Positions 44,469-57,182 of a DNA stretch of 64,000 bases are shown in pieces. The notes under the pieces were generated by a model that was not told the origin of the DNA, made no database searches, and saw nothing but the letters and a program-made list of their open reading frames with translations. The translations under genes and the position numbers were made by a program. Source of the DNA: Guillardia theta CCMP2712 (lineage: Eukaryota; Protista; Cryptophyta); the NCBI RefSeq assembly GCF_000315625.1, contig NW_005434631.1:124001-188000 (forward strand), given 5' to 3'. Position 1 is the stretch's first letter. Each line of letters starts with the position of its first letter.

Positions 44469-44954
44469 CTATATGGATCTCTTTGACCAACTTTGACGCC
44501 CACAACCCATCATGAGATCCATCACGTCTTCATAGACTTCCTCTTCAAAAAAAGATTGATACCTGTATCCTGCCAGGTCGTTTCTATCCTGGAAAGCAGT
44601 GATCTGGGTGGTTGTTGAAAGAGGAGGGCTGTAGATGGACGTGTCTCTTACTTCCAAACATGACGAATCTAAAGCTGTCTTGCTGTCTTCGGACGATGAC
44701 GTGTCAGCAGAGTACGAAGGGGCGCTATCACACCAGCTCTGCTCTAACCACCATTTGTTGATCCCAAAATATTTGCAAGCACTCTTGAGCGCAGAGAGTG
44801 AAATACCGAGTTTAGCAGCAGCTTCGCGTTGGCTATATTGACGATGATTGCGCAACGTGATTTTGCAAAGGACGACTGGTTGACGCGAGGCTTTCACCTC
44901 GTTCTTGCGTTTCCTTGGCACGATGGTGAGTTGGAGGGGTTGAGAAGCTTCCAT
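44469..44954 (-). CDS. RWP-RK domain transcription factor (variant motif)
   Basis: ITL...YSQREAAAKLGISLSALKSACKYFGINKW matches the RWP-RK consensus. Intronless. Confidence 0.85.
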   Translation of the reverse strand: MEASQPLQLTIVPRKRKNEVKASRQPVVLCKITLRNHRQYSQREAAAKLGISLSALKSACKYFGINKWWLEQSWCDSAPSYSADTSSSEDSKTALDSSCLEVRDTSIYSPPLSTTTQITAFQDRNDLAGYRYQSFFEEEVYEDVMDLMMGCGRQSWSKRSI

Positions 44955-45653
44955 GTGCGTTGTACTCTGAGTGTACCCGGGGGAGAAGAGAAGATCGGAG
45001 AGGGTGGAGATTTATCTGAGAGCCGATGTTATGTAACAAAAGTGGGGAACTGGGAAACTGGAAACATCGTAAGAGCGGGGAAGTCGGAGGAAAGATAGGA
45101 CATGGGCGGGAGGGAACTTTCAATGAAAGGGGGTAAATTGTCAGCTATAATGGGGGTATTGGCTTTCCCATACATAAAGGGAGTCGGGGGGGGTAGTGAG
45201 GGCTTCCCATGCTTAAAGCCAGTGGAAGAAAGGCAGTCGAAAGGGGGTGGGTAGTGATTTACCCCCTTTTTCATCACTTGGTGCTGAGAGGTCAATTCAC
45301 CCCTTACTCAAAGTTAAGTTAAATCAGAGGACCATCAGAGGCTCGACTACGTTTGTTTGCTTCTTTTTCAGTCAATAAAGGAAAACTGTCCCCCAAACTT
45401 AAAAAACAGATGAGATGGCAGCGAAGGACAGGGAGGCCTTGAGCTGACGAAAGATCCTGGACCGGATTCGTTTGCAAGTCGGATCACCTGAGACATCTTG
45501 CGAGGCCGAGAGATCATCCAGCGCTGCCGTTTCCTTGTTCGCCGAGCGATCCGCAGCCAGCCCCTATCCCTACTCTTCGTGTCATCATAGGAAGAAGCAA
45601 GTAATGCAAGCATCAGGCTGACAACCTTCACAGCATGGAGGAGCTCGACGCGT

Positions 45654-48600
45654 TCAGGGTGGAGAGAAGAAGATGCGACAAAGATCGTCGAACCCGTCAA
45701 AGTTTTCTTTTTTCCACATGATCCGTGCCTTGAAATCGGTCAGCACTCGACAAACTGCCTTGACTCCTCCCTGCTCGCTGCTGATCTGAGCCACGGCTCT
45801 GCCCTTGTCCTTGTTTCCCGTCGCTTCACTGCCGCGGTAACAGACCAGCATGTCGGCGTTAGCAAGGATGACTGACTGCATCGGGTCAAGAGCAGCTCGG
45901 TCCGGATCGCCGCAGATAGAAGTAAAGATCGCGCAGTCACGAGCAGTGACCCTCTGGTTCAGACTCGCTGATACAAGCTCCGCACAGAGCTCTCGCGCCC
46001 TCGTTCCGGTCACCTTGAACATAGGGAAGCACTGTGCGATGCAAGTGACAATATCGAAGATTCCTTCCCTCACCGCTTCTGCTCCTCTCCCGTACTCGAG
46101 ATCCAGCAGGTGGCTCCTGCACGGCAGACTTTCAACCTGCAGGTTGTGCAGGTTTGTCCTCTTTCCCCCAATATTCAGCCTGATGACAAGGCGGGGAAGG
46201 GAGTCCTGGACCTGGTTGTCCGGCAGGTTGGAAGGAATGCGAAGCAGCATCGTACTAGAGTTCAAGACAACGTGATGAAAGAAGCAAGGTTGTAGCTTGT
46301 GCTCCTCCTCCCCATCATCATCTCCTTCACTACCGTCACTCTCTTGATCAGAGAAGAAACCTTCCACCAGCACTTCCTCATCCTGCACAAACCCAGACCC
46401 AACAACGATCATCCACGAGGAAGAGACTTGGCGGGTGTCTGTGATGACAGGCTCGTGTAAGCTGCTGATTTGCCATTGAGCAGACGCATCTGTTGTCCAG
46501 GTCCCATCGCTCACGCTGCGAGGGAAGGAAACAAGCCAGGTCTCCTCCTCCTCCTCCTCCTCCTGCCCATCTGGCTCAAGCTCGGCATGGACGAGCCTTT
46601 GCTGCGACAGCTTGAGGTCCAACTTGTTGCCTTGTCCTGACATCCGCGGAGAGGAGCAGCTGCCCAACTTGATGACGCTGAACTTGACGGGGGGATGGCG
46701 ACCGCGGGGGTCTCGCAGCTCGTGCTCGCAGCTCTCAGTGAAGTCAGTCAGTGACCCGAGGAATCGAAATCGACGAGACGTGGATGCGTCGACAGCAGCG
46801 AGACATGTCAAGCTGACCGTACGAGAGCGCGTGTGCTCAATCTCAATGACGGCATCGCCCACGTTCCAGGGCAGGTGACCTCCTCCCGGCTTGTAGAAGG
46901 TGATAGTGATGGTCGAGCTCTTGGGAAGCAGAGCTTGCATCTTACGGCAAGCAGCAGCGTCTACTCTCGAGGGCTTGAGCAGACAAGTGTCCTCCCCTTC
47001 GTCGTCACTGTCGTCGGCGCACAGACTGTCCGCAACAAGTTCTTCCCAGGCAATCAGGAAATGAGAGCCGATGTCGCCGAAGCCGACGACGACGCTTGTG
47101 CTGATAGAGAAGGGTTGGTCACGCTTCCCTCCTGATCTGCTGATGTGCAAGGTGAGTTCCTCGAAGAAGGACGAGAGGTCGTCAGCATCACTGAGGACTC
47201 GAGGAGAGATGTCCACTATTTCAACTCTCTGCCGATTGTCACCAATGGTAGCGAGACTATTCAGACCCAACCCGTACAGGTGCATGAAAGGCTGACGGAG
47301 AGATACAACGAGGCTCCTGCTCTTCGGAGCGAAGTATTGTGAAGCGAGTTGGGACGACCAGACATGATTTTGTAATCCCTTGAGCTCAAGACTGGGAAAA
47401 AACTTCTGGACGATCTCATGAAGACGGGAGGCAGAGGAAGAAAAGTTCTCCACCTTGCCCATGATTGTCATGTCCGAGGCGAAGCTGCTTGCCAGCAAAG
47501 TGTCGCACTCGTAGTGCAGGTCAAACAAACCGACCAAGAAGGAGAATCTGAGAACCATCAGAAGGTCCGAGGCAAAGAAGTCGGGCTGAGATTCAGACGT
47601 CCTCTCCTTGGGATCCTTGAGGAAACCGCAGTACAGGTAGCTGAGAATAATTTTCATCGCGTTCCTCGAGAGTTTCTTCCCGTCTACTTCAACCTTGCTG
47701 ACCTGGGGATTCGACCTGACGAGGAAAAGGAAGAACTCTGACTTCGCGCTGACGACGTCACGGTGAGAAGCCTCGGGGGGTAAGCCATCCTGGAAGAGGA
47801 AGAACAAGTCCTTGGGAGGAAGGGGAATCGAGATGACGCGCGAAGTCCCGTCCAGGCCCTTGCTGAGAACCTCTACCTCCTGTGCGCTCTTGCGGGCTGT
47901 CGAGACGGGGGCTGCAAGGCCCTTCCAGTTAACTCCATCGATCCTCTTGAGATCCCGGCAGAATTTCTTGTCGCAGCAGAGGTCTTGCTCGATCAGAACG
48001 TCAAGTCTCGAAGTCAAGGTAGAGACGTGGTTCACTGCGTTGCACTTGATGTCAGGTCCACCCCACCTCAGCCTCACCAGCAGCTCGTTCACCCTGTTGA
48101 CCAAGTTTGCGCTGCTCTTGATGCTCTTCACGTTTACCTCGTCCAGCAAGGACATCTCGAAAGTCACTTTCCATGCTTCTGTTCCTCTCACGGCTATGGA
48201 GGAGAGTTGGACGTCAAGAAACTCTGCCCCGCTGTCGGCGCACAGAGCTGAAATTATCCCTCGCAAGAGAACGTCTAGTTGGTCTTTAACGTCTGAAAGT
48301 TTCTTGGTCCCTGACAGCTCAACGCTGACAAGCTCCCGCTTCTTGAGCTCGTACTCGTGACATGGTTGGAGCATTCGAATCGCTCCCCTGAGGCATCCCA
48401 GGTGAAGGTGGAGGGTCGGGATTGGAGTCTCATCCAGCTCCTCCTCCGTCATCTCCCCAGCAATACACTTGACCGACTGCAAGCTCATCCCGCACTCCAG
48501 CAAGAAGCCTCGCCCGCACTTGGGGCAGACGTGGCGGGAGCAGTGGCGGAGGAGGTTGAAAGGAGAGGCTCGCCGCGACTTGAATCGCTTTACGAGCACA

Positions 48601-51600
48601 TCACAGCAGTCCTTGTAGGAGTCCCGCTGACTGCAAGCAACCTGCTGCTGGTGCCCGCAGCCTGGTAGCGTCACCTTGACGGGCTGCGAGCACTGACCGC
48701 AGGAGGAGCTGCAGACCTTGAGACACTGATGCTTGCAGGAGGTGAAGGAGTTGAGACAGGGGCTGAGGCATCGGACCGACTGCTCGCAGGAAGCACGGCA
48801 GAAGAGCTTCAGAGTGTGCTCACAGTCCCTAGATCCCTCCTCCGCAGTCGTAGGAGCTTCAGCATCGCAGCCCCCGTCGTAGGAGCATCGGTCAAAGTCT
48901 TCAGGGAACAAGAGTAGCTTGCCTTCCTCCTTGCCTGGTCGTGGCTTGATGCCGATGCTGAGCTGGACTTCAGGATGTCTCCGGCACACAAGTTGAAGGA
49001 GATCGTCCTCCACATAGCGGTTCGTATCCTTTGCCTGCCGCACGAAGGAGCCCAGCAGGTTCTCAGCTGAGGAGGCGGGCTTGTGCTGCAAGAGGCCCTT
49101 GAAGTTTGCGAGGACGAACATCGCCATCCTCGCTCGCGAGAAGGCGACACTGAGCCTGTGGGGATCGCGAACCCATCGGCAGCAGAGGTCCTGCTGGGAG
49201 CGACAGAAGCAGAGGATGATGACGTCAGCCTCGAGCCCTTGAAACCCGTCGACCGTCGAGACAGAGACTCGCAAGAGGTTCTCCGTAGACTTGTCGGAGA
49301 AGCCCCGATGCCTCATGTCATGCTCGGCGCGAAGGAGGGAGCGGCTGTGAAGACAGTCCCGGATCTCGTCGCATTGAGCTGCATACATGGAGAGGATGTG
49401 GATCCTGGAGTAGCTCAGACCCTGCCGGATCAACCAATCAGCTATCCTGACAGCGAGAGCGCTCTCCTTCCGGTTCCTCGAGCTCAGCAGCCTTGCGCTC
49501 TTCTCCTCCTTGTACGGATGGCCGATTAGCATACACCTGCCATGGAGCTCGAAGTCGCTGCCTGACTCCTCGCTGCATCGGATCATGCTTGTCATCTCGA
49601 AGCTTGTCTTGCTGCATGCGTCCTGCAACTCAGCTGGAGAGTATAGAGGCCAATCGAGCGCTGAACTTCTGAGGTACTCCATGATGTTGGAGGGAACTCT
49701 GTACTGAGAGACGAGGGTAGCGACTTCGGTCTCGAGGTGACACAAGCGAGCCAGCAGGGAGATGTCAGGAGCAACGAGGTCTCGGCTAAGATCTACAACC
49801 CGCTCTCCTCCCTCCTCAGTCGCTACTTTGTGTCTCGTCCACACCCCCGGGTTCAGGTAAGGGCGGAGCTGCTTGGTATCGCCTAGAAGGAACACCTTCT
49901 TCACGCTGCTGGGAATGCAGGTCAACAAGGAGGCTTCATGTATGCTCCCTGCCTCTTCGACGATGATGACATCGAAGTTCAACCGCATTAAAATTTCCGA
50001 CATGTTTTGACACCCTGAGATCGTGACCCCGACAACTCTCGCGCTCTTCAGCTTCTCTTTCATGCGCTTCTCCTGCTCTTCGACCTTGATGTGGATTCCT
50101 CTGCTCGCCTCTTGCAAGAACTTCTTGAGTTTGCCCTTTTGCATCAGCTGCATGAGCCTCGTAGCGGACGACTTTGACTTCTCTCCGTGAATGATGTTGT
50201 GGAATATCTTCTTCTTCTGCCTCCCTGAAACTTTCGAGCTCGCCGATGTCGACATGCAAGTGCGAGAAGAAAGGTCCAAGAACGAAGAGAGCGAGAACTC
50301 CTCGCCATCCAACCGCTGTGTTTCATGCACCAGCTGGAAGTCGTTGGGCAAGGAGGAAGCACCGACTCTGACTACTTCAATTCCTGCCTTCAGGCTCAAC
50401 TTGTCTCTGATCGCCTGCAAGGTCTGATCTAGAACTGGTCCTGATGGGGAAAGAAAAAGGATCCGACTGTTTCCTCCCTCCAGCAGACGTTCAGCAAGTC
50501 GAATCCCCACGTGAGACTTGCCGGTTCCAGGAGGTCCAACGAGAATGCGGTAAAAATCTTTCTTGTCAGCAGTCAGGCGCTCGAGAGCTCGTCGTTGCTC
50601 GACGTTGTCTCTGTGAAAGCCCAGCTTATTTTGATGTCTACGAAAGAAAGAGTCATCATCGTCACTGTCATCAGTGTCGCTGTGGTCATCTTCGTCATCT
50701 TCTTCGTTGTCATTTTCGTCGTTTGTGTTGTGCTGATACTCAACGTCCTCTTCAATATCATAGTCATCATGTTCCTCTTGTTCACGTTGTTGCTTCGAGT
50801 CGCACGATTTTCCGTCTCTTTCATCTGCGTTACGAGTCAGCGCAAAGAGAACCTCCCAGGCATTTCCCGACCTTTTTTGTTCGACCTGATCTTGAGCTGG
50901 TCTGCTCCGGGTAGATCTTCTTTCAAGTCGTACCGTCTTGTCAACTCGTGGAGAGTCTGGATGTGACTGTCGTCTGTGTCGCATGATGCAAACATGAACA
51001 TCTCGGAGCAGGAGAGTATCTTCGAGATGGCCTGCTCCAGTCTCTCAACAGACAACATGCCTGTGAACCCTTCTGAGTTGTCACCCCCGATCAGGCATAA
51101 GTCGATCATTCCATTCTCGATGAGCAACGCATCGGATGTCTTCAGCGACAGCCACAGCAGCTCAGTGTCAGCTGGGCCTCGTTGCGACTGGAAATTCATC
51201 CACAAGAGCACGAGGCCTTGCTCTCTGAAGTGACTGACGAGGGACTTGTCAATGCGGAAGCGAAGAGCGAAGAAGGACTCCAGCTGAACCAGGCCTAGAA
51301 AGCCAGCGTCTCTGACGCAAACACCGAAAGCTGAGTTGGAGGGCGAGGAGTGAAGGAAGGACTGGACGAGATGATGGATGGGAAAGAAAGTCTCGATCTT
51401 GATGATGTTGAATAGACAGACAATCATGTCTGATGAGGAATCGAAGACAGCTTGATTCCGAACCAACGACACGTCATCTTCCAGCCACTTCTTGTCAGGC
51501 AGCGGGTCCAAGTGCAGAGGCCTGACAGTCTTCTTGCTCTTCCTCTCTCTGCACGCAATCAGCGTCGGGTCTTCACCCTCTCTTACGAACGCTCGCAGGT

Positions 51601-54600
51601 ACAAGAAGTCTGCCTTGGAAACATTTTGCAGCTCGTCTCTCCAGTCGGAGGTGAAGCAGATCTTGTTGGTCTTGATGGCTTGCTGCACGTTCTCCTTGAA
51701 TGTCGGGCAGTCCAGCTGCCCTATGATTGCAAGCCCATGGGAATTTTCTTTGTTGTTCCATAAGTTGTCAACATGCGCGATCGTGCACTTGTGGTACCTC
51801 GACTTGAACTTGTGAACGAAGAAGGCACAGTCTTTGACTCGCCTGCCTCGGCAGTTGAAGCATGAATGTCGACAACAGAGATGGCATCCGTCGCATCTAT
51901 GAGGTAAGAAAAACACCTCTCCTTCAAACTCTTCCTCCCCTTCCTCGCCGACTTCCCCTGCCTGCCCCTTGAAGTCTTCGATTGTTCTGTCGTCACAACA
52001 GTATGCTGCAGCGTACCCACTGCACAGACACTTGCTGTCTTGCTCTTCCATCGTCTTGTGGAGAACCTTGTACTGACTTTTCAACACGCAAGCAAGACAA
52101 GTGGCCTCGGTGATCTGCCAAACTCCCAACAGCTCGCGGTAGATCAGCTTGCCGACTGCAAAGTTGTGAACGACACCCTGCTTGCTGCAAGAGATACACA
52201 ACCATCCTCCTTCCCATCGAACAGCTTTGTCATGTGACACAATCATCGAGCAACTTGCACACTCCCGCTGCTCTTCATCTTGTGCGCTGTCAGCACGTTG
52301 AACTTCGATCTCCAACGCTTCTCCTAATGTCAGCCTCTTGGAATCCGGTTTATCAGCCTCCTTCTTGGACGGTTGAGAAACAGTTGAGTTGGGGAGCTGC
52401 TGGACAGGTGCAGAGGCCTTAAACCTATGTTTCTTGGACTGAGCTGCAGCTGACCCTGTAGACCTAAGGAGAGGTGGAAAGTCTTCGAGTGGCAGCTCAT
52501 GCCCTTGTTGAGATCTGCGGCTGCTTCTTGAGCTTAATTCCTCACGTGAGATAGTCTGAGCCGAGACGTCAGGAGCTGAGAAATTTTGATCTGCAACCAA
52601 CTTGTTTGCTTGTTTGCAAGGAGAAGACTGTGCGCACAATCTGCAGAACTTGCAAGACTTACAAACTGCTGCTGTTGAGTTGCAAGAGCAAAGGTCGGAA
52701 TGATCGATCCGCTTCCCCTTGCAAAACTTTCCAAGTGCAGTACAATACCCGCAATGAGAACATCGAAAGCTCTTATGGAACTCCAAGTCATGGCCAAGGG
52801 GATTTCTGAATGAATCCAGTCTCAGTTCTTGTCCTAGGGAACGTGCGAGTACGAACTGACTGTACACGTCGAGCAGGCAGGTGGTGGATAAGAATCGAAT
52901 GAAATCATCTGATTCCGATCTCAACGGTTCTTCTGCGCTGACCAGCTGTTGACCAGCAGTATCATGATCGAACGGCCACCTCCCTTGAAAGGTGTTGTGG
53001 GTGTAGCAATATCGAGCAATGTCAAGCCACATGGAGCTCAGGGACGGTGAAACGACGCTGGTGGCCTGCTGCACGTCTGACTCTTCAAGCCCGTAGACAT
53101 TGACTTGCTCGTGCGCCTCGTAAAAGTTTACAGCAAGTTCTGCGAGCAACTTGGCATGCCCGACGAAGCAGAGGAGCTGCGAGGCTCGACCCATGGCTGA
53201 GTTGAGGCGCTTCGGGTTGAACACAAACCCCTCGTCCTTGTACAAGTCGCTGGCGAGCCAATCCTCGGAGGCGCGTACCGTTGATATGATAACAACCTTC
53301 TTTTCTCGCCCTTGAATCGACTCGACCGGCCCCACGTTCACTCGGCTCAGCTGCAGCGCATCGTTGGGATGCTCTCTCAGCAGCTTGCGGATAATTTCGA
53401 TCTGCTTCCTATGCCCTGATATCACCTGCACATCTTCTGCGCTGATCATGGGGCGGCAGTTCCTCAGCAGGTCCACGAGGATGCTCGTGATGCTCTCAGC
53501 CTCGGACACGTTGAAGAAGGATGGCGAGTCAACATCTTGACGGTCGTTTCCGAGAACGTCAAGGAACAGGACGGGGAACTTGTTGTTGTTGGGCATGAAG
53601 TTCCACCTGGACAACCAGCTGACGTCCAAGAGGCCTGCTGACTGAATCTTCCCCTCGTAGAAGAGGCGAGAAGAGAGGGCAACTATGTCCGGATGGTTGC
53701 GGTAGTTGACCAGCAGCTGCGTCCACAGCTTGTGCTCTTGCTTGTACCACTCCGTCTGCAGCAATCGTTCGATGACTGAGACTCCGAGGCCATGGGAGCG
53801 AGCGAGCTTCGACAAGACCTTCGGCCCGATCTGCTCGCTGTCGCCAGACAGGATCACGTTGGTGACGCTGCTGGCAAGGCAGAGAGGCAGCAGAGCAGCA
53901 GGCTCGAGCATCTGAGCAGCTTCGTCGATGATGATGTGCGAGAAGCTGACTTTGAGGTCTGACCACAAGAGGAGGCCAGAAGTCTCCCAGGTACTCACGA
54001 CGAGTCGCTTCATAGCCAACAGCTGAATTGGAGGCAGGAGGAACATGTTCATCTCAGGAAGCATGAACGTGTAGGTCTGAATGAGTTCGCTGCGGTTGTT
54101 CTGAGAGCCTGGAAAGCACTGGTTGACAGATCTGTCCGGAGAGATCAGCCGGAATATCCACTCGCGCGGAAGCAAGTTGATTTCATGCAAGCGCTCGACG
54201 AAGAGATCTGCTGCGCTGTTGGTTTCTGTGCAGACAAGAATCCTGGTCTGAGGGAAAGTGAAGAGGATCTGAAGGATAGACTCTATCATCGTGACAGTCT
54301 TTCCGGTTCCAAAGGGCCCGTGCAAGATGAATGGAGGATACATACCCGGGGAGTTACACATGCTCAAGACTGTACCCATGCACCTGCGCTGCTCTTCATT
54401 CGGGTTTGAAATGCTTTTGCACGAAGGATTGACGAAGCAGTCGGGAGGGCTGGAGAACATGTGGTTGGGAAGCGAGGGGTAGAGCAGACGATCTGAAACC
54501 TCATCGACCGCATGGTGAAGTTTGCGAAACCTCAGGCGGTCACTTTGAGCCACTTGAAAACGAACACAAACACAGTCGTCTGTTGTCGCCTGGTTCAGAA

Positions 54601-56677
54601 AGTCTGCAAACCCTTCAGGCATTTGAACTTCGACGCATTCTTTCAAGACTTTCAAGATGGTCCCCATGTACTCCTCGTTGTATGGTGACGCGCTCGCCCC
54701 GGAGTTGTCACAGACGATCCAGGCGATCACGTGATCGCCGATCCCCAGCGAGGGGCGACGCTCACTGAGAAGATTTGGGTCAGAGATGACTAGCTTCCAT
54801 TGACCTTTCTTGAACTTCTCAAACTTCGCACCTCGAGTGTCAAACTCGCGAATCTTGTTTTGGTATTCCCTCTCCTCCAACCACAGCAAGCTGTGCAGAC
54901 GCTTCCTGTACTGACCTGCAGTGCAACATGGTGCTGACAGAGAATTCTGCAACACCTCGAGGTCAGGAGCTAAATATGCTTCAACTTGAGCGTTTTGCAT
55001 CAAGCTCTCTTCATCAAACTTCTTTTGCGCTGGTTCTACTGTTGTTCGCTTGCGGAGCTGCTCGTCCCAGACGCGAAAGGGTCTGTGAACTCCTCTTGTC
55101 TGAGTCACACCCAACGTAGTTAAATCCTTCTGTTTGGTGATTTTGAGTTGAATGTTGAAGGAGTAGATTGAACTTTGATCTCCATCATTGTAAACTGAAA
55201 TCAACGTCTTCAAGTTATGCTCACCAAACGTGTACGGAGGTGTTGGTCTGAATTCCACACTCAAGTTTCCTGTCATTCCAAATATTTGCTTTGAGAGTTC
55301 ATGGAAGTAGTTTGGATCTGTATGGAGCTCAATATCTTTGACCTTTCGTTTTGCAGTGATTTCCATGTCGAAGCAAGCTGATGTACCTAGATCGAGGAAT
55401 ACAACTTGTTCGTTCTCAAGACTTGAACCCTTGTACATACACCTCACGGAGAGCAGATCTTTGTCTGACTTCTTGGCACCTCTTCCAAGTGAGATGAGTC
55501 CGTTCTTAGTATCCACTTTCAGTTTGACCACATCTTGATTCGAATCATACATGAAGTATGCAGGCTCGATATCGCATATCCTCTGTATGAGTAGGCTGAA
55601 ATACGACTCAGGATAGGCTGTTGGAAACACAAAACGTAGAAATCTGTCGCACAGTTCTTGGTAGATCCATGGGAGATTTGCAGACACGAAGTACTCAAGC
55701 TCGAGCACGGTCTTCGAGTTTTCTCGCTCCAGATGCATTTGGATAGCATGTGTCAACGCAGTGTATCCAACCTTCAAGCACCCGAGCTTGCCTTTCGGAT
55801 GCATCTTACCCTCTTGCTCGGATGCTTCCAACGCGTCTGAGTACTTCTGAAAGCTGACAAAGAAGAGGTTGTTGCTTCCTGCTTTCTTGATCACCTCACT
55901 GTTTGCTCGCGGATGGAACAACTTCCCGAACTTGGAAAACTTCATTCGAATTGAATCCACTGAAGCATTCGGGTCGAGCTCCAGGACCTGCAACGTGAAG
56001 AAGAGCGATGTGGCCGACGGGCTTTTTTGCGCCGATTGTTCTAACTTGCTGATCTGCAAGAAGAAAGGAGGGCGATCATGGAAGCGCTTGATAGCTTTTT
56101 GACAGTCTGCAGAATGAACCAAATCGACGTAGAAGACATGATGTCGGGAGAGGATGTCCTTGCGGACGCCATGAGGGCAGAGTCTGAAACTGTGAGGGTG
56201 GCTTCCATAATCAACCTGATTCTTGCCGTTGAAGATTTGAGCAATCTGTTGTGCATCTAGAATCTTCGGGCTCCGGCAGAGAGAAACACGCAATGTGTTT
56301 CCTTGCACGCTCGAGGGAGGTTGATGAGTGTAGCTGCTCAGTCGCAAGAACAAGGGCTGAGACATGCTGAGCAGTGCAACGGCTCTGCTTGCTAGGCTTT
56401 CATCTTGGAAGTTTAAAACCAAGTAGTTTTCACCCTTGAAGATGTTTTCAGTGTCGGGCTGGTCCAGCTGCTGACTGTTCAGAGCTTTGGTGACCTGTCG
56501 GACGTCCAGAATCTTGGGAGTCAAGGGTGTGAATTCAGCCTTGACTAGATATCCTGCCTCCTGAGGGACTGAGCCTTTAGTCCATACACTGTATAACTCT
56601 CGAATGGGATGAGCGAAGTGGCAATTATCTCCGTACTTGCAGTATCCCCTGATCCAGAACTTGCAAATCTCAGGCAT
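45654..56677 (-). CDS. Giant (~3,650 aa) dual SF1 RNA helicase: CCCH + RRM-like + MOV10/HELZ-like helicase + Cys-rich fingers + ZNFX1-like helicase + NF-X1 fingers + BTB-like + IPT-like
   Basis: ORFs 50837..56728 and 45654..50984 are joined in frame by intron 50825-50871. Helicase 1: GPFGTGKT, IIIDEAAQ, GDSEQIGP, NYRNHP, SPSFFN, VESIQGRE, RLNSAMGRA. Helicase 2: GPPGTGKS, IVEEAG, GDTKQLRP, TVDGFQGLEAD, RLSVAFSRAR. Confidence 0.88.
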
Positions 56678-56752
56678 TTGAGATGGGAAGGAGTGAGAAA
56701 ACAACAAGACCTCAAAGTCTGAGTTCACAAGTCAGTGAGATGATCGAGTGAC

Positions 56753-56892
56753 CTCTTCCTCTCAGTCTCTTCCTCTCAGACTCTTCCTCTCAGACTCTTC
56801 CTCTCAGACTCTTCCTCTCAGACTCTTCCTCTCAGTCTCTTCCTCTCAGACCCTTCCTCTCAGACTCTTCCTCTCAGACTCTTCCTCTCAGT
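56753..56892. repeat. 14-bp tandem repeat x10 just upstream of the dual-helicase gene
   Basis: CTCTTCCTCTCAG(A/T) repeated ten times. Confidence 0.95.
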
Positions 56893-57182
56893 CTCTCTCT
56901 CACCTGATAGGCGCCCTTATCGTGGCCCTGACATTTTCCTAGCTCAATTGATAACCCACCCCTTTCTCTAGCGTTTTCCTTCCGACCCCCACCCATCTTT
57001 CTTCCCAGTACGACCCCTCCCTTTCCCAGCAATCTTCAATGTTGGCTACGAACCCCGGCTACCGGACTCTCTGCACTGAACAGTTGAGCTGGGAACATGT
57101 AACTGTAATGTAACCTCCGGCGTTATAACTGAGACAAACTTGGAACTAATTTTGCAATCACATGAACGGACATGACAGTGAT

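Noticed and set aside
50837-50984. Programmed frameshift or overlapping gene pair between the two giant ORFs
   Set aside because: A canonical 47-nt GT-AG intron with a branch site restores the frame more simply.
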